A stretch of DNA of 62,870 nucleotides from a virus. Lineage: Duplodnaviria > Caudoviricetes. Position 1 is the stretch's first letter. The number at the start of each line of letters is the position of its first letter. Both the position numbers and the translations under genes were made by a program. This document shows, in pieces, positions 54,560-62,870 of this stretch. The stretch lies in IMG/VR virus record IMGVR_UViG_3300041991_000007, positions 1 through 62,870 of that record. One strand, written 5' to 3'. The notes beneath the pieces are model-generated. The model saw only the letters and a list, made by a program, of their open reading frames with translations. It was not told where the DNA came from and made no database searches.

Positions 54560-57500
54560 TGCCTGATGGACTACAAAGCTATAATGTGCCGCCCGCTGGC
54601 GCACCGCCGCCCGGTTTGATGCCGACACAGTTTACAGCACCCGCAAACTATCAAGCGGATACCGCACCACCGCAATATAGTTCTCCGAGCCTACCGGCTC
54701 CGATTAACTATGCGCCGCAAACTACCCAGCAACCTAGTTCAGTAGATCCTAGTGCTTTACCGCCCGGTTCGCATCCACCGCCGTATATGGCAGTGTTAAG
54801 CGCAGCCGAGAAAAGTCTTGGTCGTCCGCTTACCCCGGACGAATTTGATAAACTTACAAATGACTATAAAACTAACTATGCCGTTCCTGCGCTTAATTCC
54901 CAGTTTAAAGGTAAGAAAGCAAATGTAGAGGCGGAAGTCGCTTCGTTTGATAACCAAGTACAGCATCTTCGCCAACAGCGTTATGGTGATGCGCAAGACC
55001 AAGCAGCCAAAGATACTGGTGTACTCGGCGCATTTGGTTTAGGCGCGAAAGGCGGACTAGAGAAAGGCGTAGCAGGTATAGGTGTACTAGCTTCATCTAT
55101 TGCGGACGCTTTTGGATTGGCCCCAAATAAAGTTGCAGATTATCTGCGGTCGCAAGCTAACCCCAATCTAAATTCTGACGCTGCTATACAAGTTAAGCAG
55201 CTAGAATCTATGCGGGATAATTTAATAGCTAAGTGGCCGAAAGATGAAGCTAAAATTAGGGCCGACCTTGATCCTAAGATTGCAGTATTAACTGATACAG
55301 CTAAAACGCCAAACTTAATTAGTAACGCCAATACTAATTTAGCTACAGCTTCTCAAGCGCACCCATATGCGGCATTCGCTGGTAATCTAGCTGGACAATT
55401 AGCACCATTTCTACTTACTCGTGGAGCAGGTACACTTGCTACAGCCACGGGCGAAGCTATTGGTAACACTGGCGCTAATGCAGCACAGCAACTATCAGAA
55501 GGCCAGAACTTAGGCACTGTACAAACACAAGCAGCCGTAGACGCGCCGCTAGAGACTTTAGCTGCGTTCTTACCTGCACACTTCAATGGTAAGTTACTAA
55601 CTCGCGCACTTAAGGGTGCTGCCGTAGGTGGTGGGGCTAATCTTGCGCAGCAGACTGCCGATGTAGGTATTAATAGCAATAATAAGTTCGATCCTATGTC
55701 CGCTGGTGCTAGTACCGCGTTAGCAGCACTTATTGCAGCTATACCCGGCGCACATGCAGACACAAGCATGTTCGGTAAAAAGCCGCTCAAGCGCCCCGCC
55801 GCTGGCGAGCCTGCCTCTGCTACTGGTACGGCCCCGGAAACGCCCCCAGCGAACGCAGGTGCGGGCACAGTGACCCCCAACGCGGATGGTAGTTATACTG
55901 TAACAACTACCGCAGGCGAAACGCGTTTAACCGGGGCGAACGCCAAACGGCAAGCCGAAACTTTGGCGGCTACTATACAGGATGGCGCGAAGCCCGCAAG
56001 CACGCCCATAGACTTCTACAAGATTATGATAGACACCGCTCCGGCGGAGGGTATCGAGCAGCCAGCGTTTATTAAGTTACAGGCTTCTGCATTAGAGAAA
56101 GCTAACGCTCAAGCTAAGAAGTATAAGACAGAGATACAGAACGCTAATACCCCCGAAAAAGTAGTTCAGGGGGCATGGGCGCTTGCGCAGCGTTTTACTG
56201 GCAAACAATGGGATAACTTAAATGCCCCGCAGCGTGAACAGACTGTAGAGACGTTATCAGCATGGCTAGCCAAGAAATCTAAAGTAGATATGGAGTCTGT
56301 AGGACAGCATCTACAGACTTTACGTGAACCGCCAGCACCAGAAGGCTCTACTCCGCCTATTACAGAGCACCCTTTACCGGCAGATATAACGGGGCAGCAA
56401 GCTCCGGGCACAGTAGCACAAGATAAATTAGATGGGCAGCAGCCCACAGCTCCTACAGAAACACCTAGTTATGTTGGGAAGCCAGAATATGACAGCGTAT
56501 GGAAACAGGTAACTGACGAAAATATACCGGGGGATAAGTTACCAACGTCAGCTAAGATTCTGCGCGATGCAATAGACACTGGCAAAATAACTAGTAGGGA
56601 ACAGTTCGATAATATACTTGCGCAAGCGGCTAAGACTAAGGGAAATGCTTTAAAAGCTAAAGCTAAGGCTCCTACCCCTAGCGCGGAAACTGCTAAGAAA
56701 GCTGTAGCCGATACTGTTACCGAAGCTTTAACAGATAAATCTACAGTAGAGTCTCAGAAGAATAAATTAAAGGCCGGCGTAAAGAAACAGACAGAAGCCC
56801 AATATAACAAGGGCTACTTTCATGCGCTAATGAATCGCGAAAAGGCCGCAGGTTCGCCGGAAGAAGCCCAGCTACGTAATGACCCCAACTTTGTCGCTGC
56901 TTCTGAGGCTATGCGACAGGGTAAGATTACTTCGCCTGAAGATGTGGGTAGATTCTTAAGTAGCAAAAAAGGGACTACCACAGTTGGCGATACTCTAGCT
57001 GGACACGAATCAAAGCAAGTAGGCGCATTACTTGGAAGTAAAAGCACTAAGTCTGAAATTGTACAGGCTCGTAAGGCTGTACGTACTAATGTAGTTGAGC
57101 CGCTAGTTAAACTGGGTGAAGATCGGGCTGCCATTAATAAGATGACAGTTGCCGAAGCTTCTGCGCATCTACAGAGATTAGCTGATACATTTACTAGTTC
57201 AGAATCTACAGTAACCCCTAAGAAAACTCTAAAGAAAGGAGCTAATGTAGAGCCTGTAGAGAATCCCGATCAACCGCCACCGAAGCCCAAAGGCGGACTA
57301 AAGAAAAGGAAAACTCCAAGCCCAAAAGCCGAAGCCCCGGCAACTAAGGAAGCTGGGGCAACAACTCCGCTGGACGCAAAGTTACGCGCACGGCTAAGTA
57401 ATAAGCTCCCACAGCATTCTATAGATGAATTACATAATGCAGTTTCCCGTGCGCAAGTAGGGGATAAGGGGGATTTAACCGATTTAATTGCGGGATGGAC

Positions 57501-60500
57501 TGAGATTAATGATCTTAGCCAGTCCGATGCCAAGTGGTTACGTGCTTTAGGTAAGCAAGAGCCACTTAATGATGAATACTACAATAATAATGCTAGTGGC
57601 GAATCTAAAGCTTCCCTCGAAGCACAACGCCGTATAGCTGATGAAAAAGCTGCGGGACAGACCCGCGCAATAATTCGTCGTGATGGAAGTGTAGAACCTC
57701 TTATAGGTGTAGATGCTGTAGATACACATGCTCGCGCAGGTGAAGTTGTTGTACAGCGTGGAGTCGGTAAGAACGAATGGACTATACTTTCTCATGGAGA
57801 CGATATAAGTCGGCCTATTGCAGAAGGTAAGATTAATCGCGCCCGCGAAGAATTAAATAGTACGCACGAAGCCACTCGTAAGCCTACACTGGAAGAAGTA
57901 ACATCGCTTAACGATGAACGTACTAAATTAAATAAGGGTACAGAAAAAGAACTAGATAAAATCACGCCCGTACAGACAAAGCGTCGTATTCAAGGTATAG
58001 TTAATAAGATACGTGAAGGCGCAGATGTACGCGAGACGGGTAAAGAATTACAGGCTCTCCATGATGATATGGAGAAAGTAAAGATGGAACGTAAGATGCG
58101 GGACGCATTCCGACCACTACAGCGTGGTACGGAGTATGTTCGTGCGCGTCTACAAAAGATGATATCAGAACATCCAGAAGGGGATGACCATTACGAAGCA
58201 GGTAAGTTAGGTCTATGGCTACTAGATAAGAATCCGAACTTAGGTAATTATCTAGCCATACGCATTCACGCTTTAGGTGCAGACGGCCCTTCTGGTAGAT
58301 TTAGCCCTGTATCTCGGCTAGTACATATTAATTCTACCGACACTAATCCTGGCACTGTCGTACATGAAATACTGCACAGCGCTGAACAGTTGATGCCTGA
58401 TGATCTACAGGCTAGACTCCGTGGAGAGTATATAGGCAGATTACAGAATAAGATTAAGCAAGTAGCGAAGTCTGGCAACAAGATGGGTGAGCGCTATTTA
58501 CAGTTAGCGCTAGAAGATTATGTACATCCTTCTGAGCAAGCCAGAAAAGAAATGTCGCTGCTACTTCGTACCCAAGGAAAGCATATTCCTTACGATGAAT
58601 TCTATAAGTATACTAACCCTAGCGAATACTTTGCGGTAGAAGGTACTAATATACTTAATCGTAGGTATTTGGCAGATTCTTGGATCGCGAAGATAAAAGA
58701 ATGGTTAGGTGGATATGTACAGCATCTTAAAGGTGCGTTGGGGCTAGATAGTAATAGTGCTGTAATCAAAGCGGTCAATGAATCGCTAAAGACGCGCGGA
58801 GAAGACTATAATTCTAAAATGCTGCTTACCCCGCGTAAAGGTGGGCAGGAAACTCGTACTGTAAATGATGAACGCGCCGCGCAGGATGGCGAAGCTCCTA
58901 CAGACGAAGAATTAGGTTATGAAGCTGCTCCCGATAATGAAGACCCCAATTTACAGGAGAAGCCGCCTAAAAAGCCAAATGCAGTTAATTTAGATAAAGT
59001 TACTACTGCACAGCATGCTATCGAACAGTCTATGTCTGCGGACTATGGCTTAGAGAAAGCTATGCAGCAGTTACGTGCTAAGGGTATCGAAGTAAATGAA
59101 CACAATAATGTCGAAGATGCCGCGTATACTAAGAATGGCTTAGTTAGCGAATATAACTCCAAGGACTTCGATGAAGCATTTAGTCCTGTAGATGATTTAG
59201 TGACGCAGATTTATTCTGACCACGCTAAAACTAAGCAGGAATTTGTAGATAAGCTAAATAAGTTCTATCAGAATACGCACTTCATGGAGCGCGCTAAAAC
59301 AGATTGGGCTATGGAATCTCCGCTAGAAGGTACAGCGGGGTTTGATCGCGCCGATCTATTGGAGCAAGTAAGCAATAATGAGATTGATCCTGTTAAGGCT
59401 GCAAAGGAACTAGATACCCTAGCGCGTAAGCACGCTAGTATGACTTGGCAGGAATGGGCTGAGCACAATAAAGTGCCGCTTGAGACTATGCAGAAGGAGT
59501 TAGATAAGCTAGATAAAGAATCAGGCATCAATCAGAAATCTATGGAGAAGCTAAATAAGCTAATGGATGGTGCGCGCGAGCGTACTACCCAGCGACTAGA
59601 ATTAGCTGGCCTAGTAGATAAGGCCGATCCGTGGAAAGCTTTTTACGGCTGGAAGTGGTACGTACCACTTAAAGGCTCGGCGTATGGTGGTGGCCCCGAT
59701 AATAATTTCGACCTAATACCGACTAAGCGTATTGCACTGTCTGTACTGAATAAGCAGCTTCAAGTAATGGAAGGTCGGCATAGTTTTGCTGATAAACCCT
59801 TCACGCGCCTATTCGTGGACATGGCTAGGGCTGGCGAACGTCAGGGTAATAGCCACGTATTAGATAAGGTCTATAATCTCGCGGTAGATCATGGTAAAGC
59901 CATAGGCGCGCATATAGATACATTTACAGGCCGCCCGAAAGATGGGTACACAAATACTAAGACTGGTGATAAGGTAGATAGGTTAAAGGCTCCGGCTAGC
60001 GGGGTTATTATCAATGATGGCGATACCCATTATGTAGTAACGCTACCTAAAAATAGCCAGCTACTTCGTGGCCTAATACAGATGAATAATGTTGAACGGC
60101 CTAATGCTCTTGAGCGTAAGGTCGCTAAGGGCACTAATGCTCTAGCTCGACTGTATACTACTGTACATCCTGGCTGGCAGACGTTTAGTGGTTTCGTGCG
60201 CGACTTAACCTATATTCCTGTTACACTAGGCGCTACTAAGTATAGTAACCCGTTCCACGCTTTACCCTTGTGGAAAGACTACGGCGGTAATGTGCTACAG
60301 GCGTATAAGGCTCTCCCCACACTGATACCGCACCTACTAGGTAAGAACAATCAACTAAGGGCGATGGGCGAAGCCGACCCGCAAAGCTGGGCAGGCTGGA
60401 CGCGCCGCTATGAGATTGCAGGCGGCTCCAATCAGTTCACTAAGGGGTTCGATACCCCAAGCGTAGAGCGCCTATTCACAAGCCGCTTAAAGGACATAGA

Positions 60501-61833
60501 TGGCGTCCTAGATGCTACTAAGTGGGGCTGGGCTAAGACCCTAGAGTATACAGGCAACTACGCTAACTTCTTAGAAGCCATTGGCCGCGTAGCCATGTTC
60601 AAGACGCTAGTAGAACGTGGCATGTCTGAATCTCAAGCCGCAGTAGAAGTGCGTAAGACGCTAGACTATTCTAAGTCTGGTATTAAAGGCCGTCGCATAA
60701 ACTCATGGTTAGCCTTCTTCCGTGTGGGTATGACAGGTGCAGATGCTATGCGCCGTGCGTTTACTAAGCCTACTGGTGGGCTAGACTTTAAGAAGATGGC
60801 AGCATGGCAGGGCTTCATGGGTGCGTTAGGTGCTATTGGGTATATGTCTGCTACGGCTATGTTAGGTAAAGACCCGGACGGTAAAGATAGAATAGCTAAG
60901 GTAGATACTAGCCAGTTAACGCAGAAAATACTATTCCCGTTAGGAGATAAAGTCGCAGGCGTTAATCTTGGTCTAGGACTTCCACAGGTACTAATGTCTC
61001 CGGGCATTCTTGGTGCTGCCTACGCTATGGGGCATATCAAGGGTGGTGATGCTATTCAAGCGTATACCGATACACTAGCTCGCAACGGGCCTATTACACC
61101 GGCTGGAACCAAAGGCCATACACCTACTGACTTCTTAGCATCCTATGTGCTAGGCTTTACGCCTACTGTAGTGCGACCGCTGGTAGACGTAGAACGTAAT
61201 ACCACAGTATTTAATTCTCCTATTCATAGTGATATGGGTACTAATAGTAAGTACCCAAGTGATTCTGGTAGGACTAATACGCCAGAAGTGTTTAAAGAAA
61301 TGGCGCAGTGGCTTGCTGATGCTACTGACCATAAGGTAGATTATGCACCGGAAGATATACGATACCTGATTCAGAGCTACGGCGGTCAGTGGGCCACCGA
61401 TATAGTTAAGACCGCTACATCTAATCCTGATGTTGCCGCAGGTGCGCCACCTACACCTAACCGCATGGCTGGTAAGTTGTTCGTGGATACTAGTCACTAC
61501 ATGCAGAATGAAATGTATGACACACTTGACCAACTTCAAGATTCCCGTCGTCGGTATAGCTCCATTGTATCCAGAGCTAAGGATGATGGTGCGTCTGATG
61601 AACAAGCCAAAGCACAAGCCGATCAGATCGTATCTCGCGATCCGCAGTTTAAGGCGGAAATGCAGGCATACCGCGCACTCGATAATGCCCGTAAATCATA
61701 TCAACAGAAAGTAACTGCTATACGCAATAATAAGCTACTATCAGATACACGTAAACAGCTAATGCGTAAACAGCTAGATACGCAAATGCGAATGGCTATC
61801 GAAAAAGCGCAGACTGTGCTACCGAAAGATTGA
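54559..61833 (+). CDS. Giant internal virion/ejection protein, polyvalent type (zincin peptidase plus LPD38-like C-terminus)
   Basis: 2424 aa; TVVHEILH...SEYFAV; C-terminal TLDY.KSG......AFF...G pattern. Confidence 0.75.
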   Translation: MPDGLQSYNVPPAGAPPPGLMPTQFTAPANYQADTAPPQYSSPSLPAPINYAPQTTQQPSSVDPSALPPGSHPPPYMAVLSAAEKSLGRPLTPDEFDKLTNDYKTNYAVPALNSQFKGKKANVEAEVASFDNQVQHLRQQRYGDAQDQAAKDTGVLGAFGLGAKGGLEKGVAGIGVLASSIADAFGLAPNKVADYLRSQANPNLNSDAAIQVKQLESMRDNLIAKWPKDEAKIRADLDPKIAVLTDTAKTPNLISNANTNLATASQAHPYAAFAGNLAGQLAPFLLTRGAGTLATATGEAIGNTGANAAQQLSEGQNLGTVQTQAAVDAPLETLAAFLPAHFNGKLLTRALKGAAVGGGANLAQQTADVGINSNNKFDPMSAGASTALAALIAAIPGAHADTSMFGKKPLKRPAAGEPASATGTAPETPPANAGAGTVTPNADGSYTVTTTAGETRLTGANAKRQAETLAATIQDGAKPASTPIDFYKIMIDTAPAEGIEQPAFIKLQASALEKANAQAKKYKTEIQNANTPEKVVQGAWALAQRFTGKQWDNLNAPQREQTVETLSAWLAKKSKVDMESVGQHLQTLREPPAPEGSTPPITEHPLPADITGQQAPGTVAQDKLDGQQPTAPTETPSYVGKPEYDSVWKQVTDENIPGDKLPTSAKILRDAIDTGKITSREQFDNILAQAAKTKGNALKAKAKAPTPSAETAKKAVADTVTEALTDKSTVESQKNKLKAGVKKQTEAQYNKGYFHALMNREKAAGSPEEAQLRNDPNFVAASEAMRQGKITSPEDVGRFLSSKKGTTTVGDTLAGHESKQVGALLGSKSTKSEIVQARKAVRTNVVEPLVKLGEDRAAINKMTVAEASAHLQRLADTFTSSESTVTPKKTLKKGANVEPVENPDQPPPKPKGGLKKRKTPSPKAEAPATKEAGATTPLDAKLRARLSNKLPQHSIDELHNAVSRAQVGDKGDLTDLIAGWTEINDLSQSDAKWLRALGKQEPLNDEYYNNNASGESKASLEAQRRIADEKAAGQTRAIIRRDGSVEPLIGVDAVDTHARAGEVVVQRGVGKNEWTILSHGDDISRPIAEGKINRAREELNSTHEATRKPTLEEVTSLNDERTKLNKGTEKELDKITPVQTKRRIQGIVNKIREGADVRETGKELQALHDDMEKVKMERKMRDAFRPLQRGTEYVRARLQKMISEHPEGDDHYEAGKLGLWLLDKNPNLGNYLAIRIHALGADGPSGRFSPVSRLVHINSTDTNPGTVVHEILHSAEQLMPDDLQARLRGEYIGRLQNKIKQVAKSGNKMGERYLQLALEDYVHPSEQARKEMSLLLRTQGKHIPYDEFYKYTNPSEYFAVEGTNILNRRYLADSWIAKIKEWLGGYVQHLKGALGLDSNSAVIKAVNESLKTRGEDYNSKMLLTPRKGGQETRTVNDERAAQDGEAPTDEELGYEAAPDNEDPNLQEKPPKKPNAVNLDKVTTAQHAIEQSMSADYGLEKAMQQLRAKGIEVNEHNNVEDAAYTKNGLVSEYNSKDFDEAFSPVDDLVTQIYSDHAKTKQEFVDKLNKFYQNTHFMERAKTDWAMESPLEGTAGFDRADLLEQVSNNEIDPVKAAKELDTLARKHASMTWQEWAEHNKVPLETMQKELDKLDKESGINQKSMEKLNKLMDGARERTTQRLELAGLVDKADPWKAFYGWKWYVPLKGSAYGGGPDNNFDLIPTKRIALSVLNKQLQVMEGRHSFADKPFTRLFVDMARAGERQGNSHVLDKVYNLAVDHGKAIGAHIDTFTGRPKDGYTNTKTGDKVDRLKAPASGVIINDGDTHYVVTLPKNSQLLRGLIQMNNVERPNALERKVAKGTNALARLYTTVHPGWQTFSGFVRDLTYIPVTLGATKYSNPFHALPLWKDYGGNVLQAYKALPTLIPHLLGKNNQLRAMGEADPQSWAGWTRRYEIAGGSNQFTKGFDTPSVERLFTSRLKDIDGVLDATKWGWAKTLEYTGNYANFLEAIGRVAMFKTLVERGMSESQAAVEVRKTLDYSKSGIKGRRINSWLAFFRVGMTGADAMRRAFTKPTGGLDFKKMAAWQGFMGALGAIGYMSATAMLGKDPDGKDRIAKVDTSQLTQKILFPLGDKVAGVNLGLGLPQVLMSPGILGAAYAMGHIKGGDAIQAYTDTLARNGPITPAGTKGHTPTDFLASYVLGFTPTVVRPLVDVERNTTVFNSPIHSDMGTNSKYPSDSGRTNTPEVFKEMAQWLADATDHKVDYAPEDIRYLIQSYGGQWATDIVKTATSNPDVAAGAPPTPNRMAGKLFVDTSHYMQNEMYDTLDQLQDSRRRYSSIVSRAKDDGASDEQAKAQADQIVSRDPQFKAEMQAYRALDNARKSYQQKVTAIRNNKLLSDTRKQLMRKQLDTQMRMAIEKAQTVLPKD

Positions 61834-61837
61834 AGAC

Positions 61838-61869
61838 AAAAAGAGGCCCGGTAGGTGACTACCGGGCCT
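61838..61869 (-). terminator. Intrinsic terminator where the two arms converge
   Basis: AGGCCCGGTAG-4 nt-CTACCGGGCCT with a T-run on the minus strand. Confidence 0.8.
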
Positions 61870-61912
61870 AAATGCAGGCTATTAACCTGCCGCAAGACTA
61901 TACCGTATCTAC

Positions 61913-62206
61913 TTAGCTAGAAGTACCGCTAATCGGGCCGGGGGAAGCCTCGCCCACAGCGCCATTCTGAGCGCTCGCCGGGGCATTGCCAGCCGAATTG
62001 GCGGCAGGCGCGGCCTGTTTCGCGGCCAAAAGGTCTTGAATGCGTACATGAAGCGAGCTTATTTCGGCTTCTATGCCTTTGAGCGCCCACTCGTAGATAT
62101 TGGAATCGGCGCTAGCGGTCGAACTGCCGCTACTGGTATGGTGGAACCAATCTTCTATCTTGGTAATCTCGTCATGGATATGGCTAATTGCCGCTACTAT
62201 GCTCAT
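61913..62206 (-). CDS. Hypothetical protein
   Basis: 97-aa ORF with GAGG RBS, overlapping the primase stop. Confidence 0.6.
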   Translation of the reverse strand: MSIVAAISHIHDEITKIEDWFHHTSSGSSTASADSNIYEWALKGIEAEISSLHVRIQDLLAAKQAAPAANSAGNAPASAQNGAVGEASPGPISGTSS

Positions 62207-62870
62207 TGCTAATTTCCTCTAGTGACTTAGATAGTTGTTCGTGCTGCAATGCTACTTCCCACACTTTCACATTTACTTGCGGTAACTTCGTCCCTGCTGT
62301 CAAACGCTTCTGTATTGCGCCATCCTTGATAACTCCTAGTTCCACTAGTTCCCTACGTAACCATGCATTGTCTATCCGTCGCTGGTCACAGTATTCTCGT
62401 ATGGACTGTACGGAGATATAAGCTACGTCTGCCTTACCATCCCTATACTCAAGTCGGCCTTTCACAGTGTTCATATTTCCGTTCATAGCAGACAGGTCTA
62501 CATTACCGTCGCTGATTCGGATTAATGAATTAAGGTTAGCATTAATAAACTCCGCGAGCGTAGAAGTAGGATCAGAAACTGTAGTAGCTACAGCTTGACG
62601 TACTTTCGGTGCAAACCCAAGTGTGCGGGTAACAACGCCTTCAACATCGTAACTATGCAGCTTGAGTATGTCCCTTGCGATCTTGCCCCCTACTAATGCG
62701 CAGGCAAGTAGCGCACCCCAAAACCGTTCCTCATTGCGTAGATTACCTTTCTTAATAATCGTCGCAGTAGCTTTCTCAATCAGTGGTTTAATCTGATTAA
62801 TCCTAGGCATTACATAGGCCAGAAATTCGCGGCCTGCATGCCCATAATTATCTTTGAGTAGCTTCATGCC
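62184..62870 (-). CDS. C-terminal part of the primase-helicase (joins 1-2220)
   Basis: NYGHAG..F...RFW is typical of the DUF927 helicase C-terminus; in frame with 1-2220. Confidence 0.85.
   Translation of the reverse strand, partial: GMKLLKDNYGHAGREFLAYVMPRINQIKPLIEKATATIIKKGNLRNEERFWGALLACALVGGKIARDILKLHSYDVEGVVTRTLGFAPKVRQAVATTVSDPTSTLAEFINANLNSLIRISDGNVDLSAMNGNMNTVKGRLEYRDGKADVAYISVQSIREYCDQRRIDNAWLRRELVELGVIKDGAIQKRLTAGTKLPQVNVKVWEVALQHEQLSKSLEEISNEHSSGN

Overview
The window reads as an apparently complete, circularly permuted genome of a short-tailed (podovirus-like) dsDNA phage. It is opened inside its primase-helicase gene: the frame 2220->1 continues in frame at 62870->62184. There are two divergent arms separated by a non-coding control region at about 28.7-30.4 kb. 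The minus-strand arm holds early/accessory genes (RadC/JAB, AAA+ ATPase and partner, amidoligase-like, SprT-like, many micro-ORFs), four tRNAs that all read A-ending codons, a CsrA homologue, nucleotide-metabolism genes (ThyX, MazG, DUF3310) and replication genes (PolA, ligase, PD-(D/E)XK and VRR-NUC nucleases, SNF2 helicase, AEP primase-DUF927 helicase). The plus-strand arm holds terminase, a lysis cassette, portal, scaffold, capsid, tail/adsorption genes, ejection proteins and a 2424-aa polyvalent-type protein. I saw no integrase, phage RNA polymerase, reverse transcriptase or CRISPR array. Sigma70-like promoters, CsrA and two-component spanins point to a Gram-negative, probably proteobacterial, host and a lytic lifestyle. 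The least explained elements are: a multi-stem non-coding RNA candidate upstream of the tRNA cluster; a ~105-nt hairpin with a perfect 20-bp stem; four paralogous tail proteins sharing an anchor domain and a Cys-pair motif; an operator-controlled pair of 144-aa paralogues; a GAAAC array with a DnaA box; and a stand-alone LysM micro-protein. All product calls come from motif recognition by eye; no database search was run.
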